The translations under genes and the position numbers were made by a program. A model generated the notes under the pieces. That model was given only the letters and a program-made list of their open reading frames with translations, did not search any database and was not told the DNA's origin. A DNA stretch of 64,000 bases from Azolla caroliniana (Eukaryota > Plantae > Polypodiophyta): positions 18,476,001-18,540,000 of the forward strand of contig JBHGNT010000006.1 of NCBI GenBank assembly GCA_043228905.1, in the 5' to 3' direction. Shown here in pieces: positions 12,257 through 25,349 of the stretch (positions are counted from its first letter, which is position 1; every line of letters begins with the position of its first letter).

Positions 12257-15200
12257 CTTAAAAACAAAAGACAAATATCATGACATATCTTGTCATTAAC
12301 ATACCCAGCACATCATTTAATAGTTGGTGCATTGAACAAAAACAGTCAATACTCTTCTTGCTTCATCTACCATTATGCTACCCCACATCAAGCCGACAAA
12401 TGCATACAACTCTTTGGACATCGAATTATGTTTCCACAGATTAGGACTAAATTACATTTATACATAACCACAAATATATGTATATATTACAGTAGGCACT
12501 CAAATGTATAGCCTACACATGCAATGCCTAATGACTATGTGTATCAATGGATACTGTTAAACGATAACTCTATATTTCTTCCCTTCTTTCCATTCGAAGC
12601 GTTAAAGTGTTTTTGGTAATGGATAATGTATAGAGAAAACATATATTTAAAATCTCTGAGATAAGAGTTAACATTATTCTGGTAGACTTCTGAAGTTAAT
12701 GAACCAACATTCAAACATAAAAATGATTCATTGACACTAATAAAAAATAACAATTCAATCAACACAAACATTTGAAGTGGTATGTATACTCAGAACACTA
12801 GATATAATTTGGTGAGTTAAGTTTTGAAATTGAAATTTTGAACACAGGACTAAAAGAGTGTTGATTATACCATAAGTGAAGTTCCAACCACAAGCAAAAC
12901 TTTTGTTTTTCTTGAGGCGAGCAGAGCATTCTGTAAAATGCCATGAGGAAGAGCCTCCCCGAAGAGTATTGCATCCATTTTAACTACGCTGCCACAATCT
13001 GGGCATATCGGCACTTTTACCATCTTTATTAAAATTTAACATAAAAATGAAGTTAAAAGCTATTAAAATACATGGTAAACACAGACCATGCAAAGCATAA
13101 CATTTTTTAATCATGAGGGTAATGGCACATCCTATAGATTTATTAAAAAATAGAAATAACTCACCTCGTCCAGCTTAAGTTTTTCCACGATTAGGTCAGT
13201 CGAAAATTTCTTTTTGCATGACATACATGTTGAAGTAGAGGCGTTCCCATGAAGTTCATAAACATGCTTACTGCCTGCAAGCTATATACAAACAAAAATA
13301 TGCTACTGTTTAGCTAGACCATCTCTTCCGTCTTGTCTCAAATTTTCCTCTGATAGTGACATAACTAGGTATTAACATGATGATCAACATGGTAGATGAA
13401 CTTTAAAGAAAAACAATTTGAAAATAATGCTTAGTGTCCCTAAAAGAGATTAGAATTAGCTCTTGTTGCCTAATAATGCTCTTAACAACTGTATCTTTTG
13501 ACAAGACAATCCAAAGCGCCATATCCTTAAAAACTCTATCATTCCATTGATGACATCATTGATTTTGCACAACATCATAATCAAACATATTATGATCATC
13601 GGGCTTCTTAGCTGACATAACTAAACTATTTTTCCACAGACATCCAAAACAATTACATCATCTTCTTGTTTACAGAAGTTCTCACTTACCCAAAAACCAG
13701 CACCTAAGAGGCATCCCTACACATTGTGTCCAGCTCAACACATATACCAAATGTCACCATTCTCATCATCACCACCATTTTCTATATCTTTATAGTCACT
13801 GGATCATGATTTTCATTTCTTTACACATCATCAGTTTCCCAAGCATTACACAAAGTTTAACCTGTCAACAAAACCTCAACAAACTCGGTGACAAACTGCA
13901 ATGTGCTCCTACTCTTTCAAAGTCTCCACCTTCATTTTCTGTAAATTGTTTCACTTTGCACTGCTTCAATTCACCCATGTGCACCTATACAAACAACTTT
14001 CTTCCTTTGCTGCCATGCATGCATAACCCTTGCCCAAATGAGCTGCACACCCATACCATAATATATATGACTGCACTTAATGCCAATATCTAGAGGAGAC
14101 GCCCCTTGTTCAAATAAATATTTCAAACCATCTATATAATACACCCAAATGACCCAATTCCATTTACCATCATTCCAACTCATAACTAAACCACCTCTTG
14201 CATGCCTGTTGTCCTTGAAACTAGAGTCTCAGGCTTCCACTTGATCCTCCAACAACTTCATTTTTTCATCTCCTCCTAGGTTTACCAACAAGGTTTTCCT
14301 TTGTGAATATATGAAATCAACACAATAAAAGCCCCACAATTGCAAACAAAATGTCTTTCCTCAGAGAGCCTTGGGAAATGATGTTTACCATTGCAAGTGT
14401 CATGATACCAAATAAATGGTATATTTTAGATAATATGGGTTCTTCCTTGATCATGCTTGGAATATATTCAAGTTGAGGTTACATCTATACTAGAGCCTTG
14501 AATATTTGAGATGCCTTCATCATCTGTCATGATGTGAAAGACAACTCCAAAATAATAGGAGTCAGCATTAATGAGATTAATATGTGACCTCTACAACAGT
14601 TTGAATAGATTTATGTACCTGGTGGAGGTTGTCAACATTTTGAGTGATTATGCAAGACAACAAACCCAGTTGCTCAAGCTCCGCTAAAGCTAGATGGGCA
14701 GGGTTTGGACAAGCTGAAATCATAGTACTATGCATCTCCACTGCCATCTCCCAAAATAGTTCAGGTCTGAAAATTGTCCAGATTCGTAACATACTTATGC
14801 AGCATTAAACATACACTCACTCACTTACTCTCTCATATTGTATTCAGGATACACCCTACTTGTAAAACATGTTTATATGTGCATGTTTAAATTATCACTG
14901 ATAAAACAGATGGCCCTGCAGAATGTAAAGGTTGAAAGCATGAACTTCTGGTCTGACCAAAACTACATCAATCTATTCTCTCTTTCTTCTTTTGTGTTTG
15001 GTTTGTTCCTAGTGGTAAGCCATGCTTTTCAATGCTTGTGTACCCCAAGTTCAAATCTAACTAACTGGAATAATTTCCTAGATGCCACAGTGGAATGTAA
15101 GGGTTGAAGGCATCACCTTCTAGTCTCGTCCAGACTATCTTACCATGTCACCAGCTACTACTAGAAGCATTCATGATGTACAAGGAAACATCCTCACCAA

Positions 15201-17230
15201 AGTGGAGTCATGACTCAAAAGAAGTCACGACAACTTCACTTTATATACACTTTAAGCCACTAGTTTTAGGAAGCCAGAGTAGAAAGCCATTTTTCTTTTG
15301 TTGCATTGAAAAGTTTAAAAATTTAGAGTAGCTTTGTCAGATCCCATAGATAATTATGGTTTTCTGGAGTTTTCATATAGAAAATGCCCTGAAAGAGGAA
15401 TCTTACCCATACACTATTTCTTTTTTGTATTTATTACCTTATGTTGTGGGACAAACCCTTGTTTGAAGATGTAGTGGTGTCACCCTCTTATTTCATAAAT
15501 GGCAAACATAATGTTCTTCTGATTCCATCCCCCTATAGCATAATTGGCAAATCCATTCTTCTGTAGAGTGGGAAATGTAAACATGGGCAGAGGTACCTAC
15601 AGATGCAAAAGTTCTAGCTCAGCATCTTGGAAAGGAATAAACGAAGATGCACCTTGGATAGTGGTGGTCAAGATGCAAAAAGGAGCACCCAATATGTGAA
15701 GATCGCAAAATTGGAAAAAGAGGTCAAAAGGAATGCTTCTGCATTGCAGAAATGAGCTGTTGCAACATGAATACCTCAGCCCATGCAACAACTCATTTGT
15801 GCAATGCAATAGTGTTCCTTTTGACTTCCTTTTCCAATGCTCACATGTTTAATCGAGCCTTGTTAGAGGGCCTTCCTAATACATGAACCATGCACAAGAA
15901 TGTACCTATCCATAAACCATGACATCTCTTCAAAATGATGAATGGAACAAGGTATTTTGCCAAGACATGTTGCAATACGATGCTCAAAAGACTTGGATCA
16001 CACCAAGGGCAGGTAAATTGACTCACTCATATTTGCAATTACGATTTATCTCATAGGACAATTTCAGTCTCTATACACCCCAGTCCAAAATTGCTTAGAT
16101 TTCCACATCTGAAAATGACTAAATTGGAAAATTAGTGTAATCAGAGGCAATATCCATTTAATTGGATAATGAAAGAATGAGAATCAGCCCCACCATATCT
16201 CTTGATAGAAAGATTGGCCCCTATAAGGCATTCTTTTTACACATATCACTTGATGGAATTAATATCAGACCTTAAATGGATATACATCTATCTCATGCAC
16301 TCTGCAGTGTGGTAAGGCAGCTCAGGACCTCGTCACAGCAGTTCGAAATTGAGATAGGCAGATTGCAAATCTATAGAAGAATGGATCTATTAAGAAAGAT
16401 ATACTAAAACCTTTCCAAACAAGGTTTTGGCCCACTATGCAAGTCAATGTAATAAAAAAACAAATCATACTTGGGACTGTTCTTGCTAGAACTAACAAAA
16501 CACAGAATTATTGGAAAATAATACCACCACAATATTCTTTAGCTTCATCCTTTTGATGCTGCTTAGTTAACCTCTTGTTTGGTCTTCTCGGGCATTTTGT
16601 CCTCTGAAAGGCCGTTAATATAGCTTTCATTCTCATACAAGTGTGTGCGCATACACAAATAGATGAGAGATAAATGTACACACAGATATACAGGGGATAT
16701 ACACACAAACATTCCTAACTTGAACATATATACATAGATCGATAGATATACAAACACACCTTTCTTGAAAGACTTGAAAGTTGCAATAAAGTGCCGGATT
16801 ATATTTAGCCCATAGCCCACCTGAACTTCTGAAATCTGGGATACCTATATTTATATGCAAAGAGAATTTTCATCTCACCTTATATACATACGTGCATACA
16901 CATGTATAGATACAAATACATACATAAATAAATGTATGCAGATTTGAACGGATGCATATCTGCATACGTATATATACCTATGTATGCGTGTACGTAGGGA
17001 TATATGCATACATATATGTATGTATGTACGCAAATAGATATTGTTCTTTGGAGTTCTAATATAGCTATACGTTTAGAAAACAGCAGGTACTTAGTTAGCT
17101 TTGCATTTCATAGATTACCTGATTCAACAGAAATACCAGCTCCTGTGAAGGCAACAATGGGTTTTTGAGAGATGATGTGATGAGCAGCTTCCTGTAGGAG
17201 GACATCTTCCTTCATTTCTGTCCCATCCAT
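12086..17230 (-). CDS. NAD-dependent protein deacylase (sirtuin, Sir2 family), 6 coding exons, 261 aa
   Basis: Exons 17119-17230, 16760-16844, 14619-14766, 13165-13281, 12871-13023 and 12086-12256. All introns are GT..AG with consistent phases; 786 nt, no internal stop. Motifs [39 protein letters not shown]..CPDC zinc site, LFGE, VVGTS. An in-frame ATG at 17248 could add 6 aa. Confidence 0.93.
12871..13023 (-). CDS. sirtuin coding exon 5
   Basis: MVKVPICPDCGSVVKMDAILFGE...VVGTSLM; ATG|GTATA donor. Confidence 0.92.
13165..13281 (-). CDS. sirtuin coding exon 4
   Basis: LAGSKHVYELHGNASTSTCMSCKKK...LDE; GAG|GTGAG donor. Confidence 0.92.
14619..14766 (-). CDS. sirtuin coding exon 3
   Basis: RPELFWEM...[16 protein letters not shown] acceptor, CAG|GTAC donor. 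Confidence 0.92.
16760..16844 (-). CDS. sirtuin coding exon 2
   Basis: [28 protein letters not shown]; TAG acceptor, AG|GTGTG donor. Confidence 0.9.
17119..17230 (-). CDS. sirtuin coding exon 1
   Basis: [37 protein letters not shown]; donor G|GTAAT. Confidence 0.88.
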
Positions 17231-17479
17231 GCTTCTATATCTCTCCATACATATAAAACTGCAGACAAAGAGCAGGAAACAATGAAAATCCAGGAGCAGC
17301 ATAAGCAGGTTTTGTGGCAAATTTTCTTTAACATTGGTCCTCCCTGTTTATTGTAATTACCAATATGTCCACTTTGGAAAATAAAATAAAATCTGTATCT
17401 CCTTGTTAGGCTACTACTCTTAAGTCTTGGTTGTCAAATGGTCTAGAGTTAATATCTCTCTCTCTCTCAAAAATCTATG

Positions 17480-19375
17480 TTTGTTATCGGAACAAGATCA
17501 TAATATAACCCTTGCTATCTCCACTACTTCATTAGCAACAATTCTCAAGGTAATCCACTCAAGTGATGTAATACAAGATAACATAAATCTAGCTCATCTT
17601 AGGACATCATCCCCATCAAACATAGTTTTGAAAATTGCCAAATCAAATAGCCTACGGAGTTGTTGTGATATGCCACAAAGTCCATCAAACAAGAACCCAT
17701 TTCCCATGGTCCAATTAAACCACATCCTCCATTACCTAACCTAGTCAAACACCACCTGATATGATGGGGTGGGTAGAGCTCGAAAACCCAGTTAGGTGAT
17801 AAAAAAACTCCCTGTTACTAATGGCCCAAATTTGTGATATGACCCAAGTGGCTTTAGCAACCAGGCGTGTAATGAACTCATGTTTATCATTTTGCTCAAC
17901 CACTATACAAAAACGTATGTCTCATTCGATATAGGTCTTCATTTTAAAGTTGTTGTCAAAGGCAACCATTGACCATCGCACACCAAAATAACACCTTTGC
18001 ACAAAATGGAATATGAGAATGTCATCCTTCGTCTAAAACTCAACATCACCACTTTACATGTCAAGCAATGTGGCATGTATCCAAAAGTTCATTTACTAAC
18101 CAAGCTCTATCTTCAACTAACTTATGATATACATCATTAGTGTGCTCCACAAATATTATTTTTTCACTTCCAAATGAACAATCTTTCCATGGTTCCTCAA
18201 CCACCAACCCTAGATTTGAGAAATTTGGACCATGCAATGCCAATATTGATAATTGATTGCCAAATATAACCATATCAATGTGGTATGTGAAACTTATCTA
18301 GGACTATCCAAAAGGCCATCATTTTCCTACACGACTCTAAGATAACATCTTCTGTAGTTACTAAGACAAGCTTTGCCATTAGATTGAATTGTGAGTTGAG
18401 ACTTCCTTTTTCATCCCAATGTAATATCCTTGAGGTTACCAACACCTCCGCTGCCAATGAACCACTATCTTTTCTGTACTCCGAGAGTGTCCAATTAAAC
18501 AATCCCAAACATCGTTGTCAAGAAAGTAGCAATTGTGAAACCATCACAGATATTGAATATTCAAATGCAAGAGTATTGTTAACAATATGTCACCATGAAC
18601 TTATAATTCTCATTTTCCCATGGTATGAACCAACCTTTTCCACAAAATGACCAATTATTTCTAACAAGGTTGAGTACCCAAGGACATACCTTTTAAAAGG
18701 TTGAATCTACAAGCCACCATATGATCTTCTAAATTTAGTAATGTAGCTCCCCCTAAATGTTTTGGGGTACATGCATTGTTTCATGAAACCTAACTCATAC
18801 CAATTTTTGAATCTTTCTTCCACAATGTATATTTAAGTGAATTAGCCAAATGATCATGTGATTTCTTTGTCCATGGTAATAATGGCAAAAAACAAGAGAT
18901 CTTTGGAATCATTATTGCTTGGACCAGTTTGAGACAATTACCAAACGGCCAGACTTGAGACTTTCAATTCATAAACTTGTCTAATATTGTGTTTGATATC
19001 CAATTCAATTGAGATGATGAGATATCAACATCTATAGGGTAACCTAAGTGCCAACACACATTCCCTTGATCTAATATTTGGGTATACCATCCAATATCAA
19101 CCAAATCATTGTTAATGCATCTAATAAGCATTGACTTTGGCATATCTATATGCAATCTTGATGCCAATGAAAAAACATTCCACACCTCCACAACTTTAGC
19201 TATATTATTAGGGACAACTTTGAGAAATGAAAACGAATTGTCTGTCAATGCTTGAGCTATCAATTGTTTCTCAGATGGGAGAGCTAAGGCCAATTGTTTC
19301 CCCACATGTTGAATCAAGTGTGTAGCAATAAAAGATAACAATGGAGTCAATGGGCATCATTGTCTAAGTGACCTT
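17480..19375 (-). mobile_element. Decayed non-LTR retrotransposon (L1-like LINE ORF2) remnant
   Basis: ORF 18964-19350 has degenerate LINE RT motifs: PLLSF, A-D-D-like LTDN, FSLASRLHI..KS, HLGYP. Boundaries are approximate. Confidence 0.6.
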
Positions 19376-19772
19376 TGTTGAGAGACAAGCTCAACATTGG
19401 GTGTGTAACCCAGTGCGTAGACTGGGTGCATAAAACCGTGTGCACAATATGGTCGTACCGGTGAGTAAACCGAGAGGCCGTTAGAATGTTATTCCTTGTA
19501 AGGAATAATTTTGGGAGTAAGTGTAGGATGCTCATTTATGAGCGGTCAAGTACTATAAGTACTTGTGTCAGCCCAATAGTCAAGGCTTGTATAAAAGGTG
19601 CTCATTGAGCATGAAGTTTGTACAAAGAACATTCAGAGAATTATTTTTTAATATAGTTTTCGGTTTCTGCTCTCTCTCTTTCTCTGTGATCTCCGTTTTA
19701 CTGAACTGTCGTACTTCCAAACCGTGTACTCTGTATCTTTCGCATACGTTTCCGCACACATATTCTTTTACA
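19376..19772 (+). repeat. 5' LTR of element D
   Basis: TGTTGAG...TTTACA, TATA-like tataaaa at ~19590, followed directly by the PBS. Confidence 0.9.
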
Positions 19773-19874
19773 TGGTATCAGAGCACGAGGGTTGAGACTC
19801 CTTTGCAGCCGACAGAAAAGATTGCGATAAAGACCGAGTTAAGTTATTGTCTTCGGAAAGGATAAGTCAGCAAT

Positions 19875-22800
19875 ATGGACAGAGGAATGGGAAGCTCAAC
19901 AGGAGCAACTACGCATCTTGGTCGTACAAGATGCACCAGTACTTGCTTGGTCATGGTTACTGGAGTTATGTCGAAGGAGCTAATGATACAACACCCAAAT
20001 CCACACACAGAGATTTTTCAGCTCGTGTTCTACGTGAGCGACCAGCTCTTGAGCTAAATTCGGGATGCTAAGACGCCAAAGGACGCGTGGACGAATCTCA
20101 AGGGGATTTTCGCCGCTAGCACAATGGCCAGGAAGCTTCAGCTCCGGCAGGAGCTCAGTAATGCCCAACAAAAAGATCTGTCTGTGGCCGATTAGACAAC
20201 CCGAATCAAGGAGATCTGCGACTCTCTCGCCTCCGTCAACGTGAACATCAAGGAGGACGAAATGGTGCAGGTTTTTCTTGGAGGGTTAGCGTCAAAGTTC
20301 GGAGCATTCCAAATAGCAGTCTGCACAAGGGAGAACACGCCTTTGTTCTTTGAGCTTCAGTTGATGTTGCTCGTGGAGGAAAATCATGCGGGTGCGTTGA
20401 TGAGTATGCATGCCAACGACAGGATGTTGTACATGGAGGAAGATAGGCCCCGTAGACGTGGCGGATCAACGCGCAATGGAGGCAACCGAAAAGAGCAGAA
20501 CGTGCGGCATAATCGAAATGTCGGAAGCAGGGGGAGTCATAGCGGCGTCGGAAGCCGACAAGAGAAGGTCGCGACAGAATGTTGGTATTGTGGCAAGAAA
20601 GGCCACACAGAGAGCAAGTACTGGAAGACAAGAACCGATTCAAACAAAGCCAGATCGAGCGGAAGAAACGTAGGAAGGCGTCAAAAATCGCACTACGCCG
20701 AGGGCTCCGAACGAGCTGGAAATGGATCGGGCCCATCCTTCGTAATGAAGCACAAGGTCAATTCGATGACCATGAACACCTCGAAATCGAGCGAGGTGTG
20801 TTATCTTGATTCCGGTGCGTCAAATTATATGACAAGTCATGAGGAATGGTTCTCGTACTTGGAGAAACCGGAAAAACAAGGAGTGGTCGAAACGGGAGAC
20901 AACACTCCGCATACCATTGAACATGTTAGTGAAGTTCCCCTCAGCCACATCGAGTAGAAAGGGAAACTCATGAACGTGTTGCACGTCCCGACAATAACCA
21001 AGAACCTGGTGTCGGTTGGTCAGATCGTCCACCAAGGGATGCAAGTTCGATTAACGCACCTCGGGTGCTACATCGAAAGGGAAGGCCAAGTTATCACGCA
21101 AGGGCGCCGTAAAGGGAGGATGTTCATCCTCGACACCAACAAAGCCGGAACCGCATTATTCACAAAAGGACAGAAGGTTGAATCGGATATCGACCTATGT
21201 TACAAGCGGTTCGGCGACGTTAACATCCCACAGCTTCGTGAAATGCAAACGAACAATAATGTTTTCAAATTGCCAAAATTTCGGAACTGTAATGGCCAAG
21301 TCTGCGAAGCTTGCCAACTCGGGAAGTAGCACGGATTTCCATTCCCCAATGCGTGTAATCGTAGTCGAAATCCGTTGTATTTGATCCATTCGGATGTGTG
21401 GGGACCGGCACAGAATGAGAGTTTCGGTGGTAGCCGTTACTTCGTAACCTTCATCGATGACTTCACTCGACATACTTGGGCATGTATGATCGTGAAGAAG
21501 AGCGAAGTCTTCGCGTGTTTCCTGAAGGTGAAAAATCTTGCGGAAAGGGAAATGGGGCGTAAGATCAAATGCCTACGGTTTGATGGCGGGAAGGATTACT
21601 TTTACGACCTGTTCAAGAGTTATCTATGGAAGGAGGGAATTCGACGTGAATTCTCGTGTAGATATATGCCGGAACAGAATGGCGTAGACGAGCGGAAGAA
21701 TCAGACAATTGAAGAAGCGGCCAGGGCAATGCTTGAAGAAAAGCATATGCCGAAGTTTTACTAGGCTGAAGTCGTAAGGACAACTGTTTATTTGCAGAAT
21801 TAGACTTCTGCTAATGGAGGAGTGTTGCCGCATGAGTTGTATTTCGGGAAGAAGCCAAACCTGGCACACTTGAGGATTTTCGGCATGTGTTGCGTATGTG
21901 CATGTGCCGAAGGAGAAGAGGAGGAAGTTGGACGCCAAAGCCGAGCAGTGTATCTTGGTTAGCTATTCAGACGAGCAGAAGGGGTATAAGTGCTATAACC
22001 CCCGAACAAAGGAAGTTCGTGTAAGCCGAGATGTCATGTTCGACGAGTCCGCTTCGTGGTACTTGCCTTCACCTCCAATACCTCATGACTCCATTCCGAA
22101 TTTTGAAGAAGAGGTCAACGAGGACGAGCTGCCTCCCCGTGATGAGGAAATCAGAGCTCTGACAGAGAGTCCGATCTCATTTTGGCTAAGTGGGTTGAAT
22201 GAGGGGTTGGGCCGAGATGGCAAACCAAATGAAGAGCCGACGAGTAGTGGAGACTCGGCTATCTTGTCCCCACGTAAAGAACCGAGGAGACAGTTTACGC
22301 GTAAAGAAAAATGGAAGAAGAAAATGTCGGAATATGATTTCAGCAGTGCGAAGTCAGATCAGAATGAATCTGACTTCGGGCCAATTGAAAAGGAATCTCC
22401 ACGGAAGAAGTCGAAATTGGCCGAAAAGGACGTGAAATCGGGTAATCACGAATTACGCCGATGTACCACCTGAAGAACCCAGTAAAAAGATACGGGTACA
22501 ATGAGTACATGGCGCATCATTATGCGTACATGACTCGAGTGGTAGAATTGCGTGAGTCGGAGAGCTACGCAGATGCGGCGAAAGACGCAAACTGGCGTGC
22601 CGCGATGGAGGAAGAGATGTGCGCATTATCGAACAACAAGACTTGGGACCTAGTTGATGCACCGAAGGGTGTGAAGATGATGGGATGCTGATGGGTGTAT
22701 AAGGTGAAATACAACACCGACAGCTCGGTCAATTGATATAATGCCCGTTTGGTGGCGAAAGGCTACACGCAGAAGCACGACGAGACATTCGCGCAAGTTG

Positions 22801-24610
22801 CGAAGATGACTACCGTGCGAGTTCTGCTAGCCGTAGTTGTGGCGAAGGGGTGGCATCTATATCAGATGGATGTAAAGAATGCGTTCCTGCAAGGTGATCT
22901 TGAGGAATAGGTGTACATGGTATAGCCCTGCGGATTTCTATCTGAACTGAACACTTCGGCCATTCACCGATTGAAGAAGTCACTATACGGACTTAAGCAA
23001 GCCCCGTGAGCTTGGAACGCGAAGATTACGTAACGGTTGCGCAGAATGGGGTTCACGATGTCCAAATTAGACTCTTCATTATTTGTTCGGCAAGGTAAAC
23101 TTGGACCAGTTAGCCTTCTACTATATGTTGACGATTTAGTCATCGCCGGTGCCGACTTGGAAGAAATCCGCCGCGTGAAGTCTCAACTTGCGGCATCATT
23201 CAACATGAAGGATCTTGGCGACCTTCATTACTTCCTCGGGATCGAAGTAATCCGTTCCCCCGAAGGTATATTGATCAGCCAATGTCATTAAACGTTGAAC
23301 ATGCTCTTCAAGTTCGGGATGGTAGATTGTAAGCCCATCTCGACCCCTTTGGACAGAAATGTAAAGCTTCGCCGAGATTTGGGAAAGGCATGCAACCTGA
23401 CACAGTTTCGATAGATTGTCGGCAACCTAATTTACTTGATAATTACTCGGCTGGATCTCAACTACCCGGTCGGCCTGATCAGTTAGTTTATGTCACAGCC
23501 TACAACCGAACACTTTCAGTGTGCGCAAAGGATATTGTGATATGTCAGTGGCACGAAAGACATGGCGTTGTTGTATCGTTCAGGCGTAGCCGAACAATCA
23601 GTTGGCTACACGGATGCCGATTGGGCCGGAAATGCCCACAATCGTAGATCCACATCCGGATACGCATTCTCATTGGGAAGTGCGGCGATCGTGTGGAGTA
23701 GTAAAAAGTAGCCGATAGTAGCGTTGTCGAGCACAAAGGCCGAATATCGAGGGGCAACTGTCGTTACGTGCGAAGTCATTTGGCTGAAACGACTATTACG
23801 GGATCTGCATGTGGAGGTCTCCGACTCGACGATGATCTATTGTGACAACCTTAGCAACATCCACCTTGCAAAAAACCCTGTATTCCACGCTCGGACCAAG
23901 CACATTGAGGTGCACTACCATTTTGTCCGCGAGCGTGTCCTTTCTGGTGAAGTCGAACTAGTGTATGTTCCCACGGGTCAGTAGATTGTCGACATCTTCA
24001 CCAAGCCCCTTGGTCTCGACAAATTGCGGCATTTCTCGGGTGAGTTGGGTTTGCGTCACCTCGACACGCCAAACTTGAGGGGGAGACAGGAACAGGAGCG
24101 TGAAAGGAGCGGTAGTGACCGCGATGCCCAATCGGATGAAGAGTTCGATTTCGGGTCGGCTGAAGAAGTAGAAGGAGACAACAAGGGCTGTAATCGCAAG
24201 GAAGAGCCAAAGACAACCGAACAAAGGGGAGATACAACCAAGAAGGGTGTAAAGGCCAAGACCAAGACGTGGTCTGCCGTTGTCAAGGGCCTGAAAACAG
24301 AAGACAAATTGGAGACAGCCAATTCGGACGTGAGCGGAAACGAGTCGGTAGTGACCGATTCAATCGAAATGTTTGATTCAGACGTTACAAATCGACTGAG
24401 GGCCAAGCGGAGGAAAGGGCACGAAAGAAACGCCAACACCGCGACAGCAAGGGACCTAAAAAGGGCCACATGAGCAGACAAGCTGATCGGAAGGGTCGAA
24501 GCGCGTAGAATCGAACGGGTCTAGGAGCATGAGCGAGGCGTGAAGCCAGGAGAGGCCGGAGCGAAGATCCGGAAAAGCAGATGGAACCTCAAGTTGAGCT
24601 TGAGGGGGAG
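19875..24610 (+). pseudogene. gag-pol of element D with a charged C-terminal extension
   Basis: CWYCGKKGH, YLDSGASNYM, HSDVWGP..FIDD, LYVDDL, RTKHIEV; many premature stops. Confidence 0.9.
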
Positions 24611-25349
24611 TGTTGAGAGACAAGCTCAACATTGGGTGCATAAACTGCCAGGCTCGTGAAGTGAACTATGTTTAGATCTCTAAATTTTATATCTCTAAAT
24701 TTGGACTTTGGTGAGGGAGATATGCTGATGAGAAGGTCTTTGTGTCATAACTAAAAATAGGAGATGAATTTTTTTTAAAAAAAAGCATGAAAAAGAAAAG
24801 AAATAAAGGAAAGGGAGGAAATTATTTGGTAGAGGATACCTTTGCAATAAGGAAGAGGGTAAGGTTGTGTTGAGGGGTTCTTTGTCTATTTCTTTGGGTG
24901 TTTTCTTTCCCATTCATATAGTGTGGTTGATTTGTTACCAATAGATCTTTGGAGATTTGGGTTTATATATATTCGTTCTCTCTTCTTTCTATCGTCATCA
25001 TTCATTTTGGCACTACAGGGAGGGCCGATCTCTTCCATATCTTGGGAAGGTTGATTGTGTCGTAGAATTGCGTGGATATGGCTTTTCAATTTGCCTTTGT
25101 AGGTGATGGCGTTTAGGATGTAGGAGCTTTTTTGGCATCCTTCGAGCATCACACGTTTTCGATTGGGAAGGTGAATGACATAGAGAAACTTCCCTTGTTG
25201 GTGGCAACTTTCTACTCAAGAGCTTAGGAGTGGTATGAATCACTACCTCCCAACCAAAAAACCAACTACCAATTGCTCATTCAACAATTTTGAAGCAAGT
25301 AAGTCCGACGTTGTAATGCGATGCGCATGTCAACATTGATGGAGTATTC

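Larger units (their letters stand above)
19376..24644 (+). mobile_element. Decayed Ty1/copia element D (A family), 3' LTR truncated
   Basis: 5' LTR 19376-19772; PBS TGGTATCAGAGC 19773-19784; gag-PR-INT-RT-RH remnants; PPT 24601-24610. Only ~34 bp of the 3' LTR remains (24611-24644). Confidence 0.93.

Noticed and set aside
16300-16355. Possible tRNA-derived SINE head in sirtuin intron 2 (TGCAGTGTGGTAAGGCA...GTTCGAAAT)
   Set aside because: Box spacing is short and no tail or TSD is identifiable; too weak.
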